Positions 17,111 to 28,276 of a DNA stretch of 64,000 nucleotides are shown in pieces. The notes beneath the pieces are model-generated. The model was not told the origin of the DNA, searched no databases, and saw nothing but the letters and a program-made list of their open reading frames with translations. The stretch comes from Gammaproteobacteria bacterium (GTDB lineage Bacteria; Pseudomonadota; Gammaproteobacteria; Steroidobacterales; Steroidobacteraceae): NCBI GenBank assembly GCA_034667965.1, contig JAXDQI010000256.1, positions 6,958 through 70,957 of the forward strand, given 5' to 3'. A program made the position numbers and the translations under genes. Numbering within the stretch: position 1 is the first letter of the stretch; each line of letters opens with the position of its first letter.

Positions 17111-18786
17111 TGCCGACGGCCGCCCGGCTCCTTGCCCTGTGCGTGCTGATGACAGGGCTCGTCGCGCCGAGCGCGCGCTTGATTGCCAAGCCGCGCGTCC
17201 CGGAAGGCAACCCGGCGGCATCACCGGCGGGAGAGGCGATCTATCTCAAGGGAGTGTTGGCGTCGGGCGCGCCGCTCGTCGCCACCCGCGCGAATGCCGA
17301 GCCGCTGACCGGTGAGGCGGCTGCGTGCGTCAATTGTCATCGACGCAGCGGACTCGGCACCAGTGAATCGCGCAACCTCATTCCGCCGATCACGGGCCAG
17401 TTTCTATTTCATCCGCGCGGCGGCAACGCCGAAGACTTGCAGCCGCCGTACATTCCAGGCGCGCGGCTCGATCGCGAGCCCTACACCGACGCCACCCTGG
17501 CGCGCGCGCTGCGCGAGGGCCTGGATTCCGAGGGTCGGCCGCTCAATTACCTGATGCCTCGCTTCGCGCTGGGCGATGCCGACCTGGCAGCGTTGATCGC
17601 TCATCTGCGTGCACTCGACCGCCGCCGGGTGCCTGGTGTGTCCACCACCGAGCTGCATTTCGCGACCATCATTACCCCCGATGCCGATCCCGAGAAGCGG
17701 CGCGGCATGCTGGACGTGCTGCAGCAGTTTTTCATCGACCGCAACGCGGCGCCGCGCGGCGCATCGGCGCAGACCATGACCACGTCCGGCGGCACGGCGC
17801 ATGTCCGCTCCATGTTCAAGGTGAATCGGCGCTGGGTGCTGCACGTGTGGGAGCCGACCGGACCGGCGAACACTTGGGGGGAGCAGCTTGACAAGAAGTT
17901 CGCGGAACAGCCGGTATTCGCGGTGCTGTCGGGATTGGCCGGCGGCAATTGGGCGCCGGTTACGGATTTCTGCGAGCGCCGCTCGGTGCCGTGTTTGTTT
18001 CCCAACGTCGAAGAGCCGCCGGCCGATGCCGATCGCAATTTTCACACCCTGTATTTCTCTCGCGGCGTGCGGCTCGAAGCGGACCTGATCGCGGCCGGAC
18101 TGGACCACGCGCCGCCGGGCGCCGCTGCCACCCGCGTACGGCTCGTGTATCGCGCCGGCGACATCGGTGAGGCGGGTGCGCAGTCGCTCGCGACGCAGCT
18201 GCAGGCGCGCGGTGTGGGCATCGAGAGGCGTGTGATCCCGCGCGCTGCACCCGCGTCCGCCGTCATCGCCGCCGTGCGCGATGCGTCCGTCACCGATGCC
18301 ATCGTGTTGTGGCTGCGGGCGCGTGATCTCGCGGCCCTCGACGATGCGGCGCCGCCGCCCAACGCGCTGTACCTGTCCGGCCTGATGGGCGGCCTCGATG
18401 CGGCGCCGTTGCCGACGAGATGGCGCGAGCACGCGCACATGGCCTACCCGGTGGATCTGCCGGAGCGGCGACGCGTCCGCGTCGACTATGCGCTCGCCTG
18501 GTTCCGCATCCGTAAGATCCCGGTCGTCGCCGAGCAGGTTCAAGTGGACACCCACCTCGCCTGCGGGCTGGTCTCGGAGACCGTGAAGCACATGGTCGAT
18601 GCCTTCGTTCCCGACTACCTGGTCGAGCGCTTCGAGGACACGCTCGAGCATCACATCATTACAGGTTTCTATCCGCGCCTGGCCCTCGGGCCGCACCAGC
18701 GGTTCGCTTCCAAGGGCGGCTTTCTGGTGCACTTCGACGCGGGCCGCAAGGGCCTGGTCCCGGACGGCGAGTGGATGACCCCCTAA
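17110..18786 (+). CDS. Fusion protein: mono-haem cytochrome c domain + type-1 periplasmic binding protein (LivK-like) domain
   Basis: 558 aa with a signal peptide (…LMTGLVAPSARLIA). It has a CxxCH haem motif (AACVNCHRRSG) in the first ~100 aa. A ~400-aa region follows with PBP-type features (VFAVLSGLAGGNWAP..., VRLVYRAGDIGEAGAQSL). Confidence 0.65.
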   Translation: MPTAARLLALCVLMTGLVAPSARLIAKPRVPEGNPAASPAGEAIYLKGVLASGAPLVATRANAEPLTGEAAACVNCHRRSGLGTSESRNLIPPITGQFLFHPRGGNAEDLQPPYIPGARLDREPYTDATLARALREGLDSEGRPLNYLMPRFALGDADLAALIAHLRALDRRRVPGVSTTELHFATIITPDADPEKRRGMLDVLQQFFIDRNAAPRGASAQTMTTSGGTAHVRSMFKVNRRWVLHVWEPTGPANTWGEQLDKKFAEQPVFAVLSGLAGGNWAPVTDFCERRSVPCLFPNVEEPPADADRNFHTLYFSRGVRLEADLIAAGLDHAPPGAAATRVRLVYRAGDIGEAGAQSLATQLQARGVGIERRVIPRAAPASAVIAAVRDASVTDAIVLWLRARDLAALDDAAPPPNALYLSGLMGGLDAAPLPTRWREHAHMAYPVDLPERRRVRVDYALAWFRIRKIPVVAEQVQVDTHLACGLVSETVKHMVDAFVPDYLVERFEDTLEHHIITGFYPRLALGPHQRFASKGGFLVHFDAGRKGLVPDGEWMTP

Positions 18787-19550
18787 CGATGTTTGTTGGC
18801 GGCTGGATCCATCGGTGCCGCCGGCTCCACCTGCAACAGCTCGAGCTCATAGACCAGGAGCGCCCCGGGCGGGACCATGGGGGGCGGATTGGCGCCGTAA
18901 CCCAGTTCGGGCGGCACGAACAGCTGCCACTTCGCACCCGGCTTCATCGAGAGGAAGGCTTCCTGCCAGCCCTTGAAGACTGTGTTCACGCGGAAGGTGG
19001 CGGGGCGGTCGTGCGTGTCCGAGCGATCGAACTCGGTGCCGTCTGCAAGACTCGCCCGGTAGCGGACGGTCACCTGGTCGGTGGCGGCCGGAGATTTACC
19101 GCCGGGCACGCCCTCGGTCAGCACTCGGTACTGGAGCCCCGAGGGCGTGGTCTTGATGCCGGGTTCCTTGGCATTGCGCTCGAGAAACTGCCGGCCGGCG
19201 CCCTGATTCTTCGCGGCGAGCGCATCGCGCGTATCACGCATGAACCGCTGCGCCGTATCGCGTTCGGCGCCGGTGATCGGGCGCCCACCCACCCCATCCG
19301 TGACGCCCCGGATGAGGGCATCCAGCGACAGCGTCGGCGCCAGCCCGTTGTGCTCCAGCTGGCCGCCCAACATGAGGCCCAAGTCGTAGCTGGCGGTCTC
19401 CACGGCCGGGGCGGGCTGTTTGGGCGGCGTGGTTGCCGGCGCCGCGTCGGCTGCTCTGGCGCCGGGGGCGCCGTACAGCGCCGTGAGCGCCAGCAGCATG
19501 AACAAGCGGGCCGGGCACCGCTTGGTATGTAATCGGTCGTGAATTCGCAT
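18783..19550 (-). CDS. fkpA: FKBP-type peptidyl-prolyl cis-trans isomerase (FkpA/Mip-like), periplasmic
   Basis: Start chosen at the internal M (MRIHDRLHTKRCPARLFMLLALTALYGAPGARA). It has an N-terminal helical dimerisation-type region and a C-terminal FKBP domain (VFKGWQEAFLSMKPGAKWQLFVPPELGYG...PPGALLVYELELLQVE). Confidence 0.85.
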   Translation of the reverse strand: MRIHDRLHTKRCPARLFMLLALTALYGAPGARAADAAPATTPPKQPAPAVETASYDLGLMLGGQLEHNGLAPTLSLDALIRGVTDGVGGRPITGAERDTAQRFMRDTRDALAAKNQGAGRQFLERNAKEPGIKTTPSGLQYRVLTEGVPGGKSPAATDQVTVRYRASLADGTEFDRSDTHDRPATFRVNTVFKGWQEAFLSMKPGAKWQLFVPPELGYGANPPPMVPPGALLVYELELLQVEPAAPMDPAANKHR

Positions 19551-19750
19551 CAATGGTCCCTTTGCCGACTCCGCGAGCCGCCAGCATGGCACCAGGGCGC
19601 CCGGATCGCTTACCCGATACTACTTAATGCGAGGAGGAAAGTAGGTAGATTGTCCAAAAGTCCTTGTTGGTGCCAGGGTGGTCCAGTACCCTAATTTGCG
19701 TCAGGGCACGCGTCTCGCGTCGGGCACCGCATCTTTTCGAGAGGATCACG

Positions 19751-20488
19751 ATGGCGCAATTCGATTCCGCTTCCGATGCGATTTGGCCCGGTTTTATCAG
19801 GCGGGAAGCGCGACCCATACGGCTGGTACTCATCGATGACCATCCCGTCGTGCGTGAAGGCGTTGCTGCATTGCTGATGCTCGAGAGTGATTTGACCATG
19901 GTCGCCGACGCCGGCGACCTGGACATCGGCATCGAACTGGTCCGGAGGCACCAGCCGGATTTGGTGATCTGCGACCTGACGATGCCAGGCTGCACCGGCA
20001 CCATCGCGGTGCGCAGATTGTGCCGCGAATGTCCGAGCGCGCGCGTTCTGGTGTTGACCGCGCATGACTCCTTGGAATGCATTCGCGAGTCGTTCGCGGC
20101 GGGTGCCATCGGCTACGTGCGCAAGGACGCCTTGCGCGCCGATCTACTGGAAGCGATTCGCCGCGCCGCGGCGGGTGCACGGGCAATCTGTCTTGGTGTC
20201 AGCGATATGGTGATGCGCAATTGGCTGCTCGATGCGGGTCCGCCGCCCCGCGTTGCCGACACGCCGCTCGGGCCTGAAGACCGTCAAATTCTGCGCCTCA
20301 TCGCGCTCGGAGTGCCCACCTGGCGCATCGCGGCCGACCTGCGGCGCGGCGTCAAAGTCGTCGAGAAGTATCGGGCCAATCTGTTGCGCCGGCTCAATCT
20401 GAGCAGCACTGCGGCGGTGGCCAAATTTGCCGTCAGCTGCAATCTACTCTCGCGTGAGGAAGTCGATCAGTTGGTCTCCGCGGACTAG
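19751..20488 (+). CDS. NarL/FixJ (LuxR-type HTH) family response regulator
   Basis: Start at ATG 19751 with GAGAGG upstream. Receiver domain (RLVLIDDHPVVREG...DLVICDLTMPG) and a C-terminal LuxR HTH (LGPEDRQILRLIALGVPTWRIAADL...VEKYRANLLRRL). Confidence 0.85.
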   Translation: MAQFDSASDAIWPGFIRREARPIRLVLIDDHPVVREGVAALLMLESDLTMVADAGDLDIGIELVRRHQPDLVICDLTMPGCTGTIAVRRLCRECPSARVLVLTAHDSLECIRESFAAGAIGYVRKDALRADLLEAIRRAAAGARAICLGVSDMVMRNWLLDAGPPPRVADTPLGPEDRQILRLIALGVPTWRIAADLRRGVKVVEKYRANLLRRLNLSSTAAVAKFAVSCNLLSREEVDQLVSAD

Positions 20489-20490
20489 CG

Positions 20491-20889
20491 GTGCAACGTA
20501 TTCTCGTCATCGACGATGAGCCTTTCATACTCGAAGCTCTGAAGCGCGTGCTCGGCTCTTCCGCGGTGACCGTCGTCGGTGCCGCGAATGCCGATGCGGG
20601 ATTGGCTGCGATGCGTGAGTCGCCGGCGGATCTCGTGATCATAGACGTCATCCTGCCGGGAATGGACGGCGTCGCGGCGATCAAAATCTTTCGGCGCGAC
20701 TATCCGGCCGTGCGGATCATCGCCATCTCCGGAGGCGGAAATTTCGGATTGAACGCCTATCTGCCCGACGCGATTTCCACCAGCGCATATCTGGCTGCGT
20801 GCAGGGCCGCGGGCGCCGACGGAACATTGGCGAAACCGTTCGAAACCGCCGAATTGCGCGCGCTCATCCACCAGGTGCAGAACACCTGA
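20491..20889 (+). CDS. Single-domain (CheY-like) response regulator
   Basis: 132 aa with a GTG start 3 nt after the previous stop. Receiver motifs: ILVIDDEPFILE, DLVIIDVILPGMDG, TLAKPF. Confidence 0.8.
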   Translation: MQRILVIDDEPFILEALKRVLGSSAVTVVGAANADAGLAAMRESPADLVIIDVILPGMDGVAAIKIFRRDYPAVRIIAISGGGNFGLNAYLPDAISTSAYLAACRAAGADGTLAKPFETAELRALIHQVQNT

Positions 20890-20915
20890 TCCGTCCGGGC
20901 GCTGCGCGCCCGTCT

Positions 20916-22088
20916 TCAGGTCACCACGTAGGTCAGCACGTGTTCGCCGATCACGATTTGATCGGCGTGCTGCAAGACGTGACGTTTGACCAGCTTCCCG
21001 TTGACGGCGATGCCGTTCACGCTCCCCAGGTCCTCGACCGTCGAAATCGTCCCGACCGTCACGATTCGGCAGTGATGACGGCTGATGTAGGCTGCTTCGA
21101 GACGCATTTTGTTGTCGCTCGCCCGGCCGATCGAAATGCTGCCGGCCTCGAGCGGCCAGGTGGCGATATGCTCTTTGCGCTGACTCACCACGAGCTGCGC
21201 GACGGCGCGTGCGGGCTCCTCATCGGGGGCGGCGGGGAGTTCGAAGTGCGAATCGGCGCCGGGTTGCGCCTTTTCCCGCGCCAAGGCTTCCGGCCAACGC
21301 GCATCCTGCGTGGCAACCAAGATTTCGGCCGCGCTCACATGCCCCGACGCGCGGAGACAGGCTGCATGAAGCGCCGCGTCGCACAGCACATTGATGAGCC
21401 GCGGCGAGCCGTTGGTATGCTGAAAGATCATCGCGTGCGCATCCGCCGCGAACAGCTCCTTACCCCCGCCGCCTGCCACATTGAGGCGATGCTCGATGTA
21501 GGCCTTCGCGCCGTCCGGCCCAAGCGGGGAAAGGTGGACTTGGCGCGGTTTTTGCGCCACGACGACGCGCGCGGCCAGGCCGCCGCCGGGTTGCCGTGGG
21601 TCATGCTGCCCGACCAGCAGTATCTTCAAGCGGGGTGCGCGGGACAGCAGGTCGCCGAGCGTGACCAGCGTCGCCCCCGTGAGTAGCTGCGCGTCATCGA
21701 TCACCAGCATCGGCGGGGCGGCGCGCGAGCCGGCCGCGTCGAGCGCCGAAGCCACCTCCGCTAACAGGCCGGGGTGATTTCCTTCCCCTTCGACCGACGT
21801 CGTCCCGAGCTGCATGACGATCGCCTGCAGCAGTTCGGTGGCGGAGATATGCGGCTGATTGATGCGGCAGGCGGCGAAATGACCCGAAATTTCGTGAAGT
21901 ACGTCGTCGAGCAGCAGTGTCTTGCCGACGCCGGGCGGTCCCAAGAACAAGACCACCCGTGCACTGCCGCGGAGCGCGGCCACCACGGCGGCCCGGGCCT
22001 GCAGGTATTCCTGACCCGAATACAGAAACTCCGCATCAGGGCGCAGCCGAAAAGGCAGTTTTTGGAAGCCGAAGAATTGAGGGTACAT
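20916..22088 (-). CDS. ExeA/GspA/MshM-like AAA+ ATPase with C-terminal FHA domain
   Basis: N-terminus MYPQFFGFQKLPFRLRPDAEFLYSGQEY... plus Walker A (FLGPPGVGKTLL), typical of ExeA/MshM. The last ~100 aa carry the FHA pattern (ISIGRASDNKMRLEAAYISRHHCRIV...VEDLGSVNGIAVNG). The gene is divergent from gspG. Confidence 0.8.
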   Translation of the reverse strand: MYPQFFGFQKLPFRLRPDAEFLYSGQEYLQARAAVVAALRGSARVVLFLGPPGVGKTLLLDDVLHEISGHFAACRINQPHISATELLQAIVMQLGTTSVEGEGNHPGLLAEVASALDAAGSRAAPPMLVIDDAQLLTGATLVTLGDLLSRAPRLKILLVGQHDPRQPGGGLAARVVVAQKPRQVHLSPLGPDGAKAYIEHRLNVAGGGGKELFAADAHAMIFQHTNGSPRLINVLCDAALHAACLRASGHVSAAEILVATQDARWPEALAREKAQPGADSHFELPAAPDEEPARAVAQLVVSQRKEHIATWPLEAGSISIGRASDNKMRLEAAYISRHHCRIVTVGTISTVEDLGSVNGIAVNGKLVKRHVLQHADQIVIGEHVLTYVVT

Positions 22089-22104
22089 GTGGATTCGTGC
22101 CGAT

Positions 22105-22120
22105 GGCAGTTGTAACTGCC
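22105..22120. promoter_or_regulatory. Perfect 7-2-7 inverted repeat GGCAGTT-GT-AACTGCC in the divergent exeA-FHA / gspG intergenic region (candidate operator)
   Basis: Read directly. It sits 17 bp upstream of the exeA-like start and ~195 bp upstream of gspG. The function is inferred only. Confidence 0.3.
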
Positions 22121-22315
22121 TGTTTTAGCCGCCTGTTTGTAGACAATATACGGGTCACTACTCATTATCCAGGCTGCCGCTTGGACATAATGGATTCGAA
22201 TTCGAGGACTCCCTCCCAGGCTCGAAGGGAGGGCGGGCGGAGCGCCCGCAACCGTAGCAAAATCATACGGTGTTCTCCTACCTTCGCTGGTCGGGATGAC
22301 TGCGTACAGTGACGA

Positions 22316-22798
22316 ATGCAGATGGGAGCGGCGTTGAACAATATGCCAGTAAGACGGTGTCCGGAATGCGCTCAGCCTCAGCGGCTTGGGTTACGGGCGG
22401 CTGGGTTCACCCTGCTCGAACTCTTGGTCGTCATGGTCATCATCGGGCTCCTGGCCGGATTCGTTGCACCGCGGTATTTCTCTCAGGTGGGAAAATCGCA
22501 GGTCAAGGCCGCCAAAGCGCAAGTTGACGCCTTGGACAAGGCCATTGAGCAGTTCAGGCTGGACATGAACCGGCTGCCCACCACCGAAGAGGGCCTGGCG
22601 GCGCTCAATGTGGCACCCGCCAATGAGCCGAACTGGGCCGGACCGTACTTGAAAAAGGACGTCCCCCGCGATCCCTGGGGTCATCCTTACGTTTATCTGG
22701 CACCGGGGACCCACAACAACGATTTCGACCTCATGTCTTATGGCAAAGACGGCCAGCCTGGTGGCACCGGCGAAAACGCCGACCTCGGGAACTGGTAG
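22316..22798 (+). CDS. gspG: Type II secretion major pseudopilin GspG
   Basis: Prepilin-type N-terminus (G/FTLLELLVVMVIIGLL) and GspG body motifs (KAAKAQVDALDKAIEQFRLDMNRLPTTEEGLAAL, PWGHPYVYLAPGTHNNDFDLMSYGKDGQPGG). The leader is unusually long, so the true start may be an internal Met (~22343). Confidence 0.9.
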   Translation: MQMGAALNNMPVRRCPECAQPQRLGLRAAGFTLLELLVVMVIIGLLAGFVAPRYFSQVGKSQVKAAKAQVDALDKAIEQFRLDMNRLPTTEEGLAALNVAPANEPNWAGPYLKKDVPRDPWGHPYVYLAPGTHNNDFDLMSYGKDGQPGGTGENADLGNW

Positions 22799-22804
22799 GC
22801 CACC

Positions 22805-23985
22805 GTGGAATTTCGTGTAAAAGCCCTCGACCGCGAGCAGGCTGTACTAGCGCAGCACGTGGATGCCATCGACGAGATGGACGCGCGCCGGCAGTTGGGC
22901 TTGCTGGGCCTGCGGGTGATTTCTCTCACCCCCGTTCGCCAGACGCGGCTCTTCGCCCGGCCGGGCAAGATTCCGCTGGTCATATTCAGCCAAGAGCTGG
23001 TGTCGCTGCTAGATGCCGGCTTGTCTCTGGTCGAAGCCATTGAGGCGCTGACCGAGAAGGAAGCCAGCCCCACGGTGCGGCGGCCCCTCGAGCAGATTCT
23101 CGCCCGGTTGTACGAAGGCCAGACGTTGGGCGCGGCGCTCGCCGAGCATCCGACGACATTTCCGTATTTGTACATCGCCACGGTCCGCGCGAGCGAACGT
23201 ACGGGATCGCTGCGCGAGGCGCTGACCCGGTTCATCACCTATCAGCAGCAAATCGACGCCCTGCGCAAGACCCTCGTCAACGCGTCGATCTATCCGGCGG
23301 TGTTGCTGGGCGCCGGCTTGCTGGTCACGCTGTTCCTGATGGGCTACGTGGTGCCGCGCTTCAGTTCGATCTACGAAGAACTGGGTTCTGACCTGCCGTT
23401 CGCTTCGCGGCTGCTCATGCAGTGGGGCCAGATGCTCGAAGCGCACACCATGGTGGTGATCGCGGTCGGCGGCACGGCGGCGGCGGCGCTCGGATATGGA
23501 TTGTCGCGGCGCTCGACCCGCGCGCTCTTCGGCACGTGGTTCGCGAAAGTGCCGGCGATCGGGCGCCAACTGCGCCTGTATCAGTTGGCGCGACTGTACC
23601 GGACGGTGGGCATGCTCCTGCGCAGCGGTATGCCCGCAGTGACGGCGATGACCATGTCGTCGGGGCTGCTCAGCGAAGCACTGCGCCCGGCGTTCACGAA
23701 GGCGACGCAGTCGGTGAGGGAAGGGCAGTCGATCGCCAACGCGATGGAACTTCAGGGTCTCACCACTCCGGTCGCCGCCCGCATGCTGCGCGTCGGCGAG
23801 CGCAGCGGCAACATGGGTGAGATGACGGAGCGCATCGCCGCGTTTTACGACGAAGAGATCGCACGCTGGGTGGCCATCGTGACTCGCTTGATCGAGCCGC
23901 TGTTCATGACGCTGATCGGACTGCTGATCGGCGTCATCGTGGTCCTGATGTATTTCCCGATATTCCAACTGGCCGGAAGTGTCCA

Positions 23986-23989
<4 letters not shown>
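22805..23989 (+). CDS. gspF: GspF/PilC-family inner-membrane platform protein
   Basis: 394 aa with a GTG start. It has the duplicated T2SSF pattern (two cytoplasmic helical domains, each followed by TM segments), e.g. IFSQELVSLLDAGLSLVEAIEAL and LYRTVGMLLRSGMPAVTAM. Confidence 0.85.
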
Positions 23990-25735
<1,746 letters not shown>

Positions 25736-25755
<20 letters not shown>

Positions 25756-26551
25756 TGAAGTGGGAATTTATCTCGCCCAGCGGCGAGTGTGCCTGATCCG
25801 CATGCGGCGCGGCATTCGCCCGACATTGGCGGGCGAGGTGGACCACGCGGATCCGAACGCCGCAGTCGGCTGGGAGGGTGCGCTTGCGCTGCTGGAACGG
25901 CAGTTGACGGAAGGTGCATGGTCCGACGCGCGTGTCCGCGTGGTGCTTGCCGATCACTGGGTGCGTTATGCCGTGGTGCCGTGGTCCGACGCATTGAGTT
26001 CCTCGGGCGAGCGGCTGGCGCACGCCCGCGAATTGATGGCCGGGATCTTCGGCGCTGAAATGAGTGATTGGACCGTGTCCCTGTCCGAGGCGCCGCCCGG
26101 CTCATCGCGACTGGCGAGCGCCATGCCGACCGCCTTGCTGCATGAGCTGCGCGAAGCCGCGGTGCGGCATGGTCAGAAGCTCGTGTCCGTGCAGCCGCAG
26201 CTCATCGCTGCGTACAACACCTGGCGCCACGCTCTTCCCGCCGCCACCGCCGCCTGGTTCGTCACCGTCGAAGAGGGTTCCCTTGCGGCGCTGCGCATGT
26301 GCGGCGACGGGATCGACCGGGTGCATGCGGTCCGTATCGGGCTCGATTGGGCGCGTGAACTGAAGCGGCTGCAGACCTTCGGCCGCCTTGCCAGCGCGAG
26401 TCCCAGCGACGGGCGGGTGTACGTCGATCTACCGGCCGCCCTGCGCTCTTTGCGCCCGGAGGCCTCGGCGGATTTGGAATGGCTCGATGAACCGAATCCT
26501 CCGCTGACCACTTTGCATCAGCTCGAACATCTGCGCAGAAGGGCCGCATGA
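25736..26551 (+). CDS. PilM/GspL/MshI-like cytoplasmic assembly protein (hypothetical)
   Basis: 271 aa, overlapping the gspE stop. No TM segment. The position and size are like PilM/MshI. Assignment rests on context and weak pattern only. Confidence 0.45.
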
Positions 26552-27081
26552 GAAACGCGATTCAACTGGATTTCGCCGGGGCGCGCCCCGGCTTATCGCT
26601 GGCGGGCGGATTGCTGCTGGCGGTGGGGGTGGTCGCGGCCGGGGCCGTGCTGCTCGAGTACCGCGCAATCGGCCAGCATCGCGCCGGTCTCGAGCTCAGA
26701 CTGGCCGCAGTGGCCCGCGCGGATGCGCTCGCGGCCCCGCCCATCGAATCGCCAGCGGATAGCCGTGTTGCCGTGAGCGCGCAGCAGGCGGCCACCGACC
26801 TCGCGACGCCATGGACCTTGTTGTTGTCGGAACTCGAACAGGCGAGCAAGGAGACGCAGGGACAGGTCGCACTGCTCGGCGTCGAGCCGGATCACGCCAA
26901 GCACAACGTGCGCGTCAGTGCCGAGGCTCGCACACTGAGTTTGGCGCTGGCCTATGTGGAGCGTCTGCAAGCGAGCCGGTCACTGAGCTATCCGATGCTC
27001 GACCGCCATGAGATCCGCGCCGAAGATGCGCAGCATCCGGTGCGTTTCGAATTGACCGGCGCATGGAGAGACATACCGTGA
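26548..27081 (+). CDS. PilN/MshJ-like bitopic assembly protein (hypothetical)
   Basis: 177 aa with a 4-nt overlap with the previous ORF. It has a single N-terminal TM (LSLAGGLLLAVGVVAAGAVLL) followed by a periplasmic domain. Confidence 0.45.
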   Translation: MRNAIQLDFAGARPGLSLAGGLLLAVGVVAAGAVLLEYRAIGQHRAGLELRLAAVARADALAAPPIESPADSRVAVSAQQAATDLATPWTLLLSELEQASKETQGQVALLGVEPDHAKHNVRVSAEARTLSLALAYVERLQASRSLSYPMLDRHEIRAEDAQHPVRFELTGAWRDIP

Positions 27082-27737
27082 ACGCCCCCGAGGATAACCG
27101 CAGCGTGACGCGGTCCCCCATGCCGGGCGCCGCGCAGCCGGGCGTCGCGCGGCCGCCGGCCGCGCTTGCGGTCACATCGCGAACGGCATTGCAGGCGCGT
27201 GCCGAACAGATGCTGGTGCGCGCCGTGCCGCAGGTGAAGTATCAACTCATGCGGGTGGGTCCCGCCGGGTTGACGGGGATCGGAGTGCTGCTCGCGGCCG
27301 CCGTCGCGGCGATAGTCCTGCTGCTCCCGGCGCACCAATCAGTGCTCGCGCTGCGGGACGAGCTGACCAAGGCGGGCCATGCGATGCCGTCCACGGTGAA
27401 GCCGGAGCAGAGTCCGCAACAGTTCGCGGCGACGCTGCCCACCCGCGAGCAGATTCCGGCGTTGCTGGGAGTGGTGCTCGCACAGGCGACCGACGCGGGC
27501 ATCGTCCTGGAACAGGGGCGCTACACTTTCAGCCCGGCGACTTCCAACCGGCTTGCCCGTTATACCTTCGAATTTCCGGTCAAAGCGGACTACGGCAACA
27601 TCCGCAGCTTCATCAACAAGTCGCTGGCGGCGATTCCGGCGCTGGGATTGGACAAGTTGCACGTCGAACGCAAGACCGTCGGTGACACGGCGGTCAGCGC
27701 CGACGTCGGCTTCGTCATTTATCTGCGAGGTGCATAG
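27063..27737 (+). CDS. PilO/GspM-like bitopic assembly protein (hypothetical)
   Basis: 224 aa with one TM (LTGIGVLLAAAVAAIVLLL), a coiled segment, and a C-terminal ferredoxin-like pattern (YTFEFPVKADYGNIRSFINKSLAAIPAL) as in PilO/GspM. Confidence 0.5.
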   Translation: MERHTVNAPEDNRSVTRSPMPGAAQPGVARPPAALAVTSRTALQARAEQMLVRAVPQVKYQLMRVGPAGLTGIGVLLAAAVAAIVLLLPAHQSVLALRDELTKAGHAMPSTVKPEQSPQQFAATLPTREQIPALLGVVLAQATDAGIVLEQGRYTFSPATSNRLARYTFEFPVKADYGNIRSFINKSLAAIPALGLDKLHVERKTVGDTAVSADVGFVIYLRGA

Positions 27738-28276
27738 TGTTGGGCAAGGTCACGCTGCGCACCAAGGCTCTCATCGGCATCGCCTTGGCCTGCGCCGGAT
27801 ACATCGTATTCATGCCGGACGCGTCTCAGACCATCGAGCCCACGCATGGCACGGGGTCGCCCGGCGCCGCCTCGCCGACGCGCACCATCCATCCCGCGCC
27901 GGCCGGCCACAAATCCCCCGTGATGAATGCCGCCTTGCGCCAGTCCGATCGCATCGCCAGGGACACGGAGGCGGGATCCCTGTTCTCCGCGCAATCCTGG
28001 TACGTGGCGCCGCCTGCGCCGCCGCCCGTGCCGGTGGTCTATCAACCGCCGCCCGCGCCGACTGCGCCGCCGCTGCCGTTTGCATTCATGGGCAGCTATC
28101 GCACCGACGGCGGCGGCGCGATCTACTACCTCACCGCGGGCGATCGGGTTTACGACGTCAAGGTCGGCGACACGCTCGACAACACCTACAGCGTGGACGG
28201 AGTCAAATCCGGGCACCTGCTGCTGACCTATATGCCTCTCAAAATTCAGCAATCTCTTGCTGTGGGCGATGAATAA
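27737..28276 (+). CDS. PilP/GspC-HR-like protein (hypothetical)
   Basis: 179 aa with an N-terminal TM, a Pro-rich linker (PPAPPPVPVVYQPPPAPTAPPLP) and a C-terminal beta-rich module (IYYLTAGDRVYDVKVGDTLDNTYSVDGVKSGHLLLTY). It lies directly upstream of the secretin. Confidence 0.45.
   Translation: MLGKVTLRTKALIGIALACAGYIVFMPDASQTIEPTHGTGSPGAASPTRTIHPAPAGHKSPVMNAALRQSDRIARDTEAGSLFSAQSWYVAPPAPPPVPVVYQPPPAPTAPPLPFAFMGSYRTDGGGAIYYLTAGDRVYDVKVGDTLDNTYSVDGVKSGHLLLTYMPLKIQQSLAVGDE

Noticed and set aside
22100-22125. Possible sigma-54 promoter (TGGCAG…CTGC) upstream of gspG, and a TGGCAC at ~19588 upstream of the response-regulator gene.
   Set aside because: The spacing between the GG and GC elements does not fit the TGGCAC-N5-TTGC consensus (off by 1-2 nt). 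No enhancer-binding protein gene is present in the locus. The first site is better described as a 7-2-7 inverted repeat.
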